Of a stretch of 64,000 nucleotides of DNA, positions 1 through 9,855 are shown in pieces. The first letter of the stretch is position 1; each line of letters begins with the position of its first letter. Both the position numbers and the translations under genes were made by a program. The notes beneath the pieces are model-generated. The model had not been told where the DNA came from and did no database searches. It was given only the letters and a program-made list of their open reading frames with translations. This stretch comes from a bacterium (GTDB lineage: Bacteria > Patescibacteriota > Minisyncoccia > Phycocordibacterales > UBA12088). The DNA lies in contig QKEV01000002.1 of NCBI GenBank assembly GCA_003252295.1, forward strand, positions 196 to 64,195. Direction: 5' to 3'.

Positions 1-1347
1 TGCAGTTCTTTTTTTTCGACCTCTTTTCGATCTTTTGAATTATCAACATCAATCACAATTGCAATTTTCTTTTTTAAGCCGATAGCAATTTCAGTGAATC
101 TCTTGTATGTGTTATTCACAGAAATAACCTCTATTTTGTTCATGATGGGCAGTACACCATATTTATCTTTGTATGCCCTTTGAATTACAAGTTCATCAGC
201 ATCACCCTCAACCAATATGGCTTTTTCGCACAGTAAAATCCTCAAAGTATCATATCCAGGAAGTTTTTTGAAAAATTCTTCCGTACTTTTGTCAAGGTCA
301 TTAAAAACCACAGGGTTACCGCTTTCAGATAATAATTTTAAATTATGTAAGCCTAATTTATTGGCAACAAAACTATTATGTGAGGTGATAATTACTTGTT
401 TATGTTTTAGATTCTTTTCCACCTCAGATAATAAATGCAACAAGTTTGTATGCGATAAGTGATTTTCCGGTTCTTCTAGGAGAATTACTTTTGATTCACC
501 TGCTTTATTACTACTTATTGCTACATCAGTTTTCATCAAAGACTGTCGACCTTTCCCAACATGCTCAAAAGGTATTTCTTTGAAATACACTGAGAGGTGA
601 GAGTCCCAAGAATTTTTTGAAGAAGGATCTATCGAAGCGGTTGTGTCTTCATCAAGAATTTTACTCGAAATAAGATCGTGTATTTCATTATCTTTATATG
701 AATCTTTGATACTTCTGAAAAAACGTTTAGCTTTCAATTTTTCACCTGTTTCAAGGTCATTTTTTATTATCCTTGCAATAATGGAATTGGATACATTAAT
801 ATTACTTGACGCAGCATCAATTAACAGTGATTTAATTGGTATTTGAGTTCTTAGAATTTCTTCTCCTGAAAATAGGGTCAAACTTATTTTATAGTACTCT
901 AATGGCAACGAATCGATAAGCTCTCGACTTTTATTTAACATCTCATCATAAGACTCTCTTAAAAACTCGTTAAATGAAATTTGGTAACATATTCCCTTAT
1001 GCTTCTCAGAAGTGTAATTCTCATATCCTTCATATTGCTCAGGGAGTTCTAAATTTTCTGGAAAAAATAGTTCGATACGGATTGCAGGAGGGTCAATATT
1101 TTGCTCATCCTTAATTAGGGCAAGGTATTTTTTGACTTCTTCTTGATTAAAGAGAAAAGGATTAAGCCTTTCTTCTGTTAGAAACTGGTTGTCTAAGTAT
1201 CCAGTAAGTACAAGATTAAATGCCTCGACAACGGTGCTCTTTTTAGATTCGTTGTCTCCAACCAAAATGTTTATCTTCTCATTAAGAGTTAGATTATACT
1301 CTTTATATCCTTTGTAGTTTTCGATATGAATCTTTTCTATATACATA
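1..1347 (-). CDS. OLD-family ATP-dependent endonuclease (ABC-type ATPase + TOPRIM; GajA-like), C-terminus beyond window start
   Basis: My own reverse-strand translation from ATG at 1347: MYIEKIHIENYKGYKEYNLTLNEKINILVGDNESKKSTVVEAF... (Walker A GxNxxxKS), later VILLEEPENHLSHTNL (OLD-type Walker B EEPExHL), then AILVEGDADELVIQRAY and IAIVIDVDNSKD (TOPRIM-like E and DxD). No stop before position 1, so ORF-track absent because truncated. Confidence 0.6.
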
Positions 1348-1394
1348 TATTTCTAGACTACTCTAAAAAGGTCTGTATGCAAAACAAGGTCATT

Positions 1395-2324
1395 TTAAGT
1401 ACAGAAGCCAACACCAAGGGCAAATGGTGTACAGTGTAGGATTCGCACCTCACCCAAATCCTCAATAGACTTTACTTGTAGTAAAGAAGCACATGTTTTG
1501 TGACCAGAAAAAGAACTTGTAATTGAGGTTGTACCAAACATATTCCTTGTATTCACTTGATACTGGACTTCAAGCTTATTCTTGAAAGTTCGAACATCTA
1601 TCTCAGTGTTCATTTGGTCTTCATGAGACTTTTTAAAGTATTGGGCTTTATTTATGAAAATATATGTTCCAGGAGAAATCATTTGTTTAACAAAAGTCCG
1701 ATTCCAATAGTCTTCATTCATGTAAAGTATTTTATTATTCAGTACAAAAAAATCCACAAGATCACTATAAAAAACATGCAGTGCAATTCTCTGCTCATAA
1801 TCATAGTAATCATAAACCGTGTTTCTCACATATGAATCAGCAGGTCTAAAGTTTTCTGGCTTGATTAAAATTCCGTTACCATCTATCACACCTGAGAAGA
1901 CTAGGCGATGAAAGAGATTGGGATTCGACCTAGTTATAAAGTCTTTCGGTGTAGATTGAATTAAACGAGCATGATTAATGTAACCCCATGTCGCACTTAT
2001 ACCAAAAGAATCTTTATACTCGGAAGTACTACGTGATGTTGATGCGTTGTGTCTGTTTGTTTCAACTGTTTTGTACCATTCCTTTCTAAAAGTCTTTAAT
2101 TGCTGAGGGGTTAGATTTTTTGATAATTCTCTTTTTGTATGAGCCTCATCGTGATGTTTCTGGCACAGAAGAACGAGATTATCAAAATCATTGTTAGAAT
2201 TATTCTTATCTATATGATGTATATGGTCACCTTTACTTGAACAAACAACACAAGAAAAGGCACTACAATACATGATTTCAGACTGAACTTTTTGTGGTAA
2301 TGCTAAACGTTTGGCCATAAACAC
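1395..2324 (-). CDS. HNH endonuclease domain protein (N-terminal HNH, ~240 aa C-terminal domain of unknown function)
   Basis: CSAFSCVVCSSKGDHIHHIDKNNSNNDFDNLVLLCQKHHDEAH = CxxC...HH...N...CxxHH HNH motif; 47 bp upstream of OLD-like gene on same strand. Confidence 0.7.
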   Translation of the reverse strand: MFMAKRLALPQKVQSEIMYCSAFSCVVCSSKGDHIHHIDKNNSNNDFDNLVLLCQKHHDEAHTKRELSKNLTPQQLKTFRKEWYKTVETNRHNASTSRSTSEYKDSFGISATWGYINHARLIQSTPKDFITRSNPNLFHRLVFSGVIDGNGILIKPENFRPADSYVRNTVYDYYDYEQRIALHVFYSDLVDFFVLNNKILYMNEDYWNRTFVKQMISPGTYIFINKAQYFKKSHEDQMNTEIDVRTFKNKLEVQYQVNTRNMFGTTSITSSFSGHKTCASLLQVKSIEDLGEVRILHCTPFALGVGFCT

Positions 2325-2362
2325 ATAGATTTTATCATGTATAAAATCACTGAAAAGCGTAC

Positions 2363-2392
2363 AAAAAACAGCCTCTTTTGAGGCTGTTTTTT
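2363..2392. terminator. bidirectional rho-independent terminator hairpin between tRNA-Glu and HNH gene
   Basis: aaaaaacagcctc-tttt-gaggctgtttttt perfect stem flanked by A/T runs. Confidence 0.6.
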
Positions 2393-2418
2393 GTACGCTT
2401 CTCGTGCGCGCTGTTATT

Positions 2419-2492
2419 GGTGACCCTACCGGGAATCGAACCCGGGTTTCGACCGTGAGAGGGTCGCGTCCTAGCCGCTAGACGATAGGGCC
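2419..2492 (-). tRNA. tRNA-Glu(CUC)
   Basis: Reverse complement GGCCCTATCGTCTAGCGGCTAGGACGCGACCCTCTCACGGTCG...GGTTCGATTCCCGGTAGGGTCACCA folds as cloverleaf, anticodon loop CTCTCAC, encoded CCA. Confidence 0.8.
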
Positions 2493-2643
2493 TATTGGTT
2501 TGAGATTATACTGTAAAATAACTAAAAAGCAAAGTAAACACCACCACCTTTTTAAAATGTTTTGTTGCAAATAATTAACGCTTTGCTAAATTAACGTAAG
2601 GACACATACACAAGCATGACAACTCTTAACAGGAGGAAGCATA

Positions 2644-2952
2644 ATGCATCAAATACAGCAGAGAAAGTACCCAGTATGCCTTGTTTACTACACAGATTAT
2701 GATCAGTACGTCATTGCATTATTCGGACTCAAAGATGCAACGACCAAAAGAACCAAAAACACTAAGAAGCGGATGAGGGTAATTCACCTAGAATTTAATG
2801 ACGCTTTAGGTAAAAAATTTTTTTCTGAAGAAGAAGCTGTTGCATACATAGGAAAAATGCCTGCGTATATTTTTCTAAATTTTGTCTATGTAAAAGACAG
2901 CAGTGACAACTCATTCCCAGAAATAAAGTTCCCGTTCTTCAACCTCTTTTAG
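2644..2952 (+). CDS. hypothetical protein; N-terminal domain paralogous to that of 3098..3811
   Basis: RKYPVCLVYYTDYDQYVIALFG vs IRFPVCIIYYTDLKQYGLAIY; RBS ggagga upstream. Confidence 0.5.
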   Translation: MHQIQQRKYPVCLVYYTDYDQYVIALFGLKDATTKRTKNTKKRMRVIHLEFNDALGKKFFSEEEAVAYIGKMPAYIFLNFVYVKDSSDNSFPEIKFPFFNLF

Positions 2953-3097
2953 TTTTTTAGCACCTAGAGCACTACCTTCAAGTAGTGCTCTAACTCTATA
3001 TAAATAGCCACCTTCTTGCATATTTTCCAGTTCTTGGTTAACTTTGCACTAGAACATACAAACGCAGAAGCAATTTTTTACCAAGAAGGAGAAAATC

Positions 3098-3811
3098 ATG
3101 GAACCAAAACAAATACGGTTTCCCGTTTGCATCATTTACTACACCGACCTGAAGCAGTACGGACTTGCAATCTACTCACCAGAAAAAGTACCGGGGAACT
3201 TCACATCCAAAAGTAAAAAAGTACGGTTTACCGTATCTGAAGTACTACCGGTTCTATTTCCAACTGAAAGCGCAGTACTACTACACGCTACAGCAGAGGA
3301 AAACCAAGATCGGTACATACTTCTCAAACCGGTACAACATGTTGATTCGAGGGATAAGATGACCTCTTTCCCAGCAGTACAACACTCGGTTGCCGGTCTC
3401 TTTGAACTTCCACCACCAAAAATCACAATCCTCGTAGTACACACAAAATTTACCGAAGAGAAGGTTGTGGAAAAACTAGAGGAGGTGTATGGAGAGAGAG
3501 CCACCGTCTACACCAGTAGCAACATTCCAGATGATGTAAAAATAGACTTGTTTTTTCTCAGCGGAAAGAAGGTCTTGGACTACGAATGCAGTGCACATGC
3601 ATGTAAACTCATCAGAGGCTCAAAAAAAGCAAAAGTGATTGCCTTTTCAACGGTTGACATGTACCTGGAGGACCTCATTAAGAGAGCAAACTATTTCGGT
3701 GTTGATTTCATACTCGAAAAAAAACCACTCATAGCGCCTATGGTAAACAAGGAAAAGTATCAAGAGTTTCTGCTTCTACTCGAGACAATCCTCGCCTCGG
3801 TCAAGAAATAG
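3098..3811 (+). CDS. hypothetical protein with C-terminal receiver-like (pseudo-REC) fold lacking the phospho-acceptor Asp
   Basis: ILVVHTK...IDLFFLSGKK...AKVIAFST...FILEKKP resembles CheY-like beta1/beta3/beta4/beta5 signatures, but acceptor position is Ser. Confidence 0.5.
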   Translation: MEPKQIRFPVCIIYYTDLKQYGLAIYSPEKVPGNFTSKSKKVRFTVSEVLPVLFPTESAVLLHATAEENQDRYILLKPVQHVDSRDKMTSFPAVQHSVAGLFELPPPKITILVVHTKFTEEKVVEKLEEVYGERATVYTSSNIPDDVKIDLFFLSGKKVLDYECSAHACKLIRGSKKAKVIAFSTVDMYLEDLIKRANYFGVDFILEKKPLIAPMVNKEKYQEFLLLLETILASVKK

Positions 3812-3910
3812 CTCTTTAAACCATACGGCACTGTCATCACTGACAGTGCCGTATTTATGTAAACAAAAACAGCTGCCGTTACACGGCAGCTGTTCACCTA
3901 CAAGCTGTAG

Positions 3911-4780
3911 CTAGGCAGACAAAGTAGTTATCCCATTCTTATCTGGTGGGTTTCTGGCAATAAGGTGCCCAGGTACATACTCACGTAACATTTTAATTGC
4001 ATCCCGGTAACTTGGTGCCTTACCTTTGTGCACCCGCAACTCATCACTACCGTGACTCTGCACTGTCACCGTAAACTTTTTACCCTTGTTGCCTCTTCCT
4101 CGTTTTGAGTAGTTCCACATGTTTATCTCATACGTCGTTGCAGCGATTATCTCTTCTTCCGCAGGACTTGGAACAAATGAAAGCAAGTCATGCAGTGAAT
4201 CAATGCAATGGTGTGCACCATGCTCAAAGAGCAGGTCATCTATCTCTTCAGAAGAAATACTTTTCCCTATTGCACAGACACCAGCGTCTCGCGCATGTTG
4301 CATGTCGGAAGGAAAATCACCAACATAGGCTACTTCCGTGGGATCAAAACCATGATGTTTGCAGAACAATGACAAGTGTTCGCTCTTGTTATCAATACCA
4401 GTACACACCTCACCAAAGTAATGGTGCACGTTTACACTGGCGCAGAGCGTGTTTACCCACTGTGCACTGTTGGCACTTATGAGCCACATCGGTATCCCTC
4501 TGTCTCGCAGTGTACTGAGTACCTGGGGCACCTCAGCAAAAAAGTTTGGTTTACAGTTAGGTGCATACTCATCAAACCACTCAAGAGGGGTTTTTACCGG
4601 TGGGTACTCTTTGAAGTAGGGCTGCAGTGCTTTGGGAAGGTCTCTGTAAAACTCCACAAGCGTTGGCGGCTTCAGTTCATAAAAATCAAACACCTCACAT
4701 ATGATTTTAAAACCAAACGATGGTGTATCAACAAGAACACCATCAAAGTCAAAACAAAATCCAGATACTTGTCGTCCCAT
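3911..4780 (-). CDS. HAD-superfamily hydrolase with C-terminal extension (ORF-track start 4825; likely start MGRQV at 4780)
   Basis: FCFDFDGVLVDT (DxDG motif I), later GDFPSDMQHARDAG (motif IV-like). Confidence 0.65.
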   Translation of the reverse strand: MGRQVSGFCFDFDGVLVDTPSFGFKIICEVFDFYELKPPTLVEFYRDLPKALQPYFKEYPPVKTPLEWFDEYAPNCKPNFFAEVPQVLSTLRDRGIPMWLISANSAQWVNTLCASVNVHHYFGEVCTGIDNKSEHLSLFCKHHGFDPTEVAYVGDFPSDMQHARDAGVCAIGKSISSEEIDDLLFEHGAHHCIDSLHDLLSFVPSPAEEEIIAATTYEINMWNYSKRGRGNKGKKFTVTVQSHGSDELRVHKGKAPSYRDAIKMLREYVPGHLIARNPPDKNGITTLSA

Positions 4781-4889
4781 AGTTCCTCCATACGTTGTTT
4801 TTTGTAGCAAGTTGAAAAAGTACAAACGCTTCCTCGCTTGACTCTAGCGTACCCTCATGGAAACGTCAACGGCAACTATAACAAACCCT

Positions 4890-6179
4890 TTATGGAATCG
4901 ACTTCCAGTGTGCATCCTGACGACACAGGTAGTTTACTGCTGCATGTGACTCAAGGAGTATATCCTCAACTACCCGCTCCATGCGCATACCTTGGCTTCC
5001 CTTCACAAACACAATATCACCCTCCTCTACTATACTTCTAAGCACCTGGAGTGCATCTTCGTTTGTCTTGAATGATTCCACACGCTTACAACGAGCATGT
5101 GCAGCGAGTGCACCTTGTGCAGCAGCAAGCATACGTACACCGACCGCAATGAACACATCAGCAGTACTACCAACGAGCTGTCCTACTGCCATGTGACGCT
5201 CTACGGAGAAATCACCAAGTTCAAGCATGTCACCAAGCACCACGATCTTCTTACCCTTGTTCTGTATCGTAGCAAGTGCACTCATACCAGCCTCCACTGC
5301 AACAGGCGAGCTATTGTACGTATCATCAATGATTACCGAACCGTTCATTCCAGGTAAGAGTCGCATGCGTCCTGGTGCTGTCTGGTGGTTCTCGAATGCT
5401 TTCACCGAATCACTGAACATCTTTCCCTCAGAAACAATTACCGAAAGTGCAGCAAGTACAGGATAGAGGTGATGACGTCCAACCACACCACGCAAGTGCA
5501 CCTGTTCGACTCGTTGCTGGAACTGTACTGTACATGAAATACCCACCGGCATCTCATCCTCATACTCCACCCTGTAGTCAGTCCCCTTCACCATTGCATG
5601 CTCTTCAAAACCGTATGATATCTTGTGCTGGCGCTCACCCACTTCTTCGTTTGCCATTTTTCTGTCATCAGCATTCACAATAAGCGTTCCCTGTTCCCTC
5701 AATGTCTCCTTCAAGCTTCGCTTTTCTTTGGTCACCTCTTCGGGTGAGTCAAAGTACTCAACATGCACTGGCACATCCGGGAACTGTGTAAAGATAACTA
5801 TGTCTGGTTTCAACCAGCTCAATTTTCGTATATCACCCGGACGGTCTACCCCTACCTCAAGCACGAGCCATTCCGGATACTTCAAACCGCGCCATGGCAT
5901 AAGGAATCCTTCTCCGATATTCTCAAACCAACCCCAAAAACTACTCCAAGCATTTGGTAGACCGAGTATGGTGAGCGGCACCCCTATCTCACTATTGAAA
6001 CTCTTCTCACTCTTGCGAGCGTGAGTGTAGCTTGAAAGCACCGTGTACACTGCATCTTTTGTACCAGTCTTACCAACGCTTCCTGTTACCGCAATCACCT
6101 TTGGTTTGTACTTCTTGAGAACGCGTTTTGCCTCCCATATGAGTATTGCAACAATGATATTTTTTAATGTTCCCTTCAT
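4890..6179 (-). CDS. murF: UDP-N-acetylmuramoyl-tripeptide--D-alanyl-D-alanine ligase
   Basis: VIAVTGSVGKTGTKD Mur ligase P-loop; position downstream of ftsI in dcw cluster. Confidence 0.9.
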   Translation of the reverse strand: MKGTLKNIIVAILIWEAKRVLKKYKPKVIAVTGSVGKTGTKDAVYTVLSSYTHARKSEKSFNSEIGVPLTILGLPNAWSSFWGWFENIGEGFLMPWRGLKYPEWLVLEVGVDRPGDIRKLSWLKPDIVIFTQFPDVPVHVEYFDSPEEVTKEKRSLKETLREQGTLIVNADDRKMANEEVGERQHKISYGFEEHAMVKGTDYRVEYEDEMPVGISCTVQFQQRVEQVHLRGVVGRHHLYPVLAALSVIVSEGKMFSDSVKAFENHQTAPGRMRLLPGMNGSVIIDDTYNSSPVAVEAGMSALATIQNKGKKIVVLGDMLELGDFSVERHMAVGQLVGSTADVFIAVGVRMLAAAQGALAAHARCKRVESFKTNEDALQVLRSIVEEGDIVFVKGSQGMRMERVVEDILLESHAAVNYLCRQDAHWKSIP

Positions 6180-6209
6180 ATATTACTTAAAACCTATACC
6201 TACTAGCTG

Positions 6210-7928
6210 CTACCTGTCCGGCGGCACTTCGTAGTAGTTTATCAAAAAGTCGACGAGATCCATAAACGGTGTCGTGAGCGTCTCTGACGCATACTGCGCA
6301 CCTTGTGGCTCTACGTGGTACAGAAAGATAAGGTACTCTGGATCATACGCTGGGAAGTACCCAAAGAATGAATGCAGGTACCTGTCAGTATAGTACCCTC
6401 GTTCACCAACCTTTGCTATCTGAGCCGTACCGGTCTTTGCAGCTATCGAGTACCTATCCTTCTTCACTGTTCCATTCCTAAGTGCGGTGTCTACCACCTC
6501 AACGAGCATTCTCGTGATCTCCTCTGAGGTCTCTGGTTTTAGTACCTGCTTCCTATCGTCTGGTGCCACCTTTGCTTCATCACCATCATCGTACTCAATG
6601 GTCTCCACAAAGTGCGGTGTCACAAGGTAGCCACCGTTCCCGAGTGCTGAGAGTGCGCGTACGGTGCCAATTGGCGTAAGGGCAATACCTTGTCCAAACG
6701 CAGCTGTCGCATACTCAACTTTTCTTGGACTGTTAAGGTTGTCGATGAGTCCATGTGCCTCAAACGGCAGATCAATACCGGTCTCTTCACCAAAACCGAA
6801 CTCTTTCATACGTTCACCTAAGAGCTCACCCCCAACCTCTTCTGCCACAAACGCCATACCAACGTTGAGTGATTGCTTGAGCACTTCCTGCATATCCACA
6901 ACACCACGTGCACGTCCATCATAGTTTCGTATCGTATAGGTATCGAGCTCTATTGATCCAGTGTCATCATAGGTGGTATCAGCAGTAACCGCACCCACAT
7001 CAAGACCAATAGCCATAGCTATCGGCTTTATGATTGAACCCATTTCGTAGACATCCTCAACAAACGGGTTACTAAAGACTGACACATCCTCCTCCTTAGA
7101 GTAGTTGTTTGGATCAAATGAAGGGAGTGCTGCCATAGCATAAATAGCACCTGTCTTTGGGTTGATAATGATCCCTCCTATACTCTTTGCATGCCACTCG
7201 TCCTCTGTTTGCAGGAGTGCACGTTCAAGTGCCTGCTGTACGGACGGGTCGACACTGGTCACGAGGTTTCCCTCACGCTTACGAACATCATTCTCCAGAA
7301 AGTCACGTGCATTCGTGAACACCTCAGCAAAGAAGTTCACATGCATCTCTTCGTCTTTACGGGTAAGTACCGAATCCCAGTACCGCTCCAAACCATACTG
7401 ACCTTTCTGAAAACGGCTTTCACCACCAAAACCAACATAGCCAAGGATATGACTTGCAAGCGAGCCACCTGGGTAGTAGCGCCACTGCTCACGGAAGAGC
7501 TGCACCCCTTCGATATCCTCTTTGCGTATAGCATCAGCTACATCTGTATCGATATGGTTGAGTATCTCCTCGTATGGATCATTTTTCTTTGATGCACGTG
7601 CAAGAAATGTTTCTTTATCAAACTCAATATACTTTGAGAGCGTACTGTACACCGCTTCTGGATCATCAATCTTGTCCGGTAGTATCGCAAGCAAAAAACC
7701 GCTTCGCAGTGTCGCTGATGCAATCTTGTTGCCATCTTTTTCTGTAAAGTAAATAGACCCTCGATCAAACACATCTGATGAGGATTGTATGTACTGGTTG
7801 TTCGCCATCTCACGATAGCGATCACCATGCATTATTTGTAAGTAGTACAAGCGTCCCAGTATCACCAGTGCAACAAAAATTACCACCCCGGCAATTATTC
7901 TTACACGGATAACAAACTGGTCACGCAT
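6210..7928 (-). CDS. ftsI: penicillin-binding protein 2 / FtsI-type transpeptidase
   Basis: N-terminal TM, SIIKP (SxxK), KTGTAQ (KTG) motifs. Confidence 0.9.
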   Translation of the reverse strand: MRDQFVIRVRIIAGVVIFVALVILGRLYYLQIMHGDRYREMANNQYIQSSSDVFDRGSIYFTEKDGNKIASATLRSGFLLAILPDKIDDPEAVYSTLSKYIEFDKETFLARASKKNDPYEEILNHIDTDVADAIRKEDIEGVQLFREQWRYYPGGSLASHILGYVGFGGESRFQKGQYGLERYWDSVLTRKDEEMHVNFFAEVFTNARDFLENDVRKREGNLVTSVDPSVQQALERALLQTEDEWHAKSIGGIIINPKTGAIYAMAALPSFDPNNYSKEEDVSVFSNPFVEDVYEMGSIIKPIAMAIGLDVGAVTADTTYDDTGSIELDTYTIRNYDGRARGVVDMQEVLKQSLNVGMAFVAEEVGGELLGERMKEFGFGEETGIDLPFEAHGLIDNLNSPRKVEYATAAFGQGIALTPIGTVRALSALGNGGYLVTPHFVETIEYDDGDEAKVAPDDRKQVLKPETSEEITRMLVEVVDTALRNGTVKKDRYSIAAKTGTAQIAKVGERGYYTDRYLHSFFGYFPAYDPEYLIFLYHVEPQGAQYASETLTTPFMDLVDFLINYYEVPPDR

Positions 7929-7934
7929 ACCACT

Positions 7935-8255
7935 CTAATCCTTACGTGTAAGTCGGTCGCCCAGTGGAGCAACTTCAACATACGCAGTTGGGGAAACAGC
8001 AACAAGTCCAAACTCCTCTGCTGTTTCTTCTGAAATATCACTAGAACGTGCAAAGTACTCTGCCTCAAGACTACTGATACGTGTCTCCACTTCACCAAGG
8101 GAAACCTGCATCTCCTGACGCAGTACCACCTGCACAACAGAGGTCATAATAAAGTATCCATACAGCACCAAAGCAGCACAAAAAAGGGCACTTAAAAACC
8201 AGAGTATTATGCGCTCATAACGAAAACATGTTGTTTTGGTGGGTTTACTGTTCAT
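7935..8255 (-). CDS. ftsL: cell division protein FtsL-like (single TM + coiled coil)
   Basis: Position between rsmH and ftsI; TM helix ILWFLSALFCAALVLYGYFIM followed by coiled-coil region. Confidence 0.6.
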   Translation of the reverse strand: MNSKPTKTTCFRYERIILWFLSALFCAALVLYGYFIMTSVVQVVLRQEMQVSLGEVETRISSLEAEYFARSSDISEETAEEFGLVAVSPTAYVEVAPLGDRLTRKD

Positions 8256-8298
8256 TGTGTTTAAAAAGTAACGACTATAAGTAATTGGTCATACGTCA

Positions 8299-9219
8299 CT
8301 ACTCCATTTCGAAACATCGAAGCTTTGCGCTTCTCGCTCGCCTGTTCGCCTTGCACTCTTCTCGTGTAGGTGCGATAGGTTTTTTGGTAACCCGCTTACC
8401 TATTCCCTCCTTCTCCCATGCAGCGAACATTTGCTTGACACTCCTGTCCTCGAGACTATGGAATGAAATAACTGCTATACGCCCCTTTGGGTTGAGCAGG
8501 TCTCTACTCTTCTCAAGTACCTCATGTAGTGCTCCTAACTCATCGTTTGCAGCCATACGTATCGCTTGAAATGTCTTTGTTGCCGGATGTACCCCTTTTC
8601 TTCCAGAGCTCACCGCCTGCACAATATCAGCAAGCTGCGTGGTCGTGTCTATCGAGTGCTCTTCACGTGCGGTAACAATCGCATGTGCGATCTTCCGTGA
8701 ACGATGCTCACCTCCAAAACCGTAGATAATATCAGCAAGTGTTTCTTCACTCCACTCATTCACAATGTGCCATGCAGTAAGCTCACCCTCTTTAGGTTCA
8801 CTTGCAAAAGTCATACCGAGCGGCTCTTCCCGCTGAAAACTGAAACCTCTGCCGCCTTTCTGATCGAGTTGGTCAGATGACAAACCAAGGTCGAGTAGTA
8901 TCTTATCGACTTTTTCATACCCTGCCTCGTGAACATGGGCGTCAATGTTTCTAAAGTTACCCTGTACGTAGTAAATACGTTCATCTCCCACCAGGAGCTC
9001 CCGTACCCGCTCAAGAGCATGTTTATCTGCATCAATGCCAATGTACCTTCCTTCGTCGCCTAATAGTTCAAGTATTTTTTTTGCATGACCTCCACCGCCG
9101 AGCGTACCATCAACAACCACATCTGTAGGTGTGAGTGAAAGTGTAGTAATGACGTCTTGTAAAAGAACCGAGGTATGCACGGTAGGCGTCGGACTTTGTT
9201 TGTTGTTTTCAGTATCCAT
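8299..9219 (-). CDS. rsmH: 16S rRNA (cytosine1402-N4)-methyltransferase
   Basis: VVDGTLGGGGHAK SAM-binding motif; dcw position after mraZ. Confidence 0.9.
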   Translation of the reverse strand: MDTENNKQSPTPTVHTSVLLQDVITTLSLTPTDVVVDGTLGGGGHAKKILELLGDEGRYIGIDADKHALERVRELLVGDERIYYVQGNFRNIDAHVHEAGYEKVDKILLDLGLSSDQLDQKGGRGFSFQREEPLGMTFASEPKEGELTAWHIVNEWSEETLADIIYGFGGEHRSRKIAHAIVTAREEHSIDTTTQLADIVQAVSSGRKGVHPATKTFQAIRMAANDELGALHEVLEKSRDLLNPKGRIAVISFHSLEDRSVKQMFAAWEKEGIGKRVTKKPIAPTREECKANRRARSAKLRCFEME

Positions 9220-9225
9220 ACGACT

Positions 9226-9660
9226 TTAGAGCACACCGATCTCTCCCAATGCCTCAGCAACTCTATCTGCTTCCTTTTCAACAGAGCTACGGTACGTAGC
9301 CCATGCTGTTTCGTTCCAGATCTCGCAACGGTCGTGTACTCCTATGAGTACCACCTTGTTTTGAAGTCCGGCATGAAGCGCAAGTTCTGCTGGCACCAAG
9401 ATCCGTCCCAGTTGATCTACATCAAGTTCAGCTGCACCCGCAAAGAAGTACCGTGCAAACGCACGAGAATCAGACTGTCCCATAGACAGCTGATCTAACT
9501 TCTCGACTTTTGAGTGCCACTTTGCCTGACTAAAGATAAAGAGACAGGAATCGAGTCCGCGTGTAATGATGACTTTTTTACCCAGAGTTTTTCGAAACTT
9601 CGCTGGCAGTGCCATTCGGCGTTTCTCATCCAGTGTATGTTTGTATTCACCGATGAGCAT
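9226..9660 (-). CDS. mraZ: transcriptional regulator MraZ
   Basis: MLIGEYKHTLDEKRRMALPAKFRKTL duplicated MraZ fold start; first gene of dcw cluster. Confidence 0.9.
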   Translation of the reverse strand: MLIGEYKHTLDEKRRMALPAKFRKTLGKKVIITRGLDSCLFIFSQAKWHSKVEKLDQLSMGQSDSRAFARYFFAGAAELDVDQLGRILVPAELALHAGLQNKVVLIGVHDRCEIWNETAWATYRSSVEKEADRVAEALGEIGVL

Positions 9661-9855
9661 ACGTCACAAAGCTACTACTAAATGTTTATTCTGGATAACA
9701 AGAGGGATGTTTTTTTGATTTACCACTTCATCCCACTTAGATACCACAATACACCACTTCACCTATTTTTGCATACACGATTATCCCCAAAACCCCTATG
9801 CACCAGCAGCTTCTTGATGGAAACAAAATAATAATGCATATTGTAAAGACAACGT

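Noticed and set aside
1-2324. Calling the HNH + ATPase pair a canonical Septu (PtuA/PtuB) system
   Set aside because: Gene order is HNH first, and the ATPase has a C-terminal TOPRIM-like EGD...DVD region characteristic of OLD/GajA rather than PtuA; I kept it as an OLD-family/HNH pair of uncertain type.
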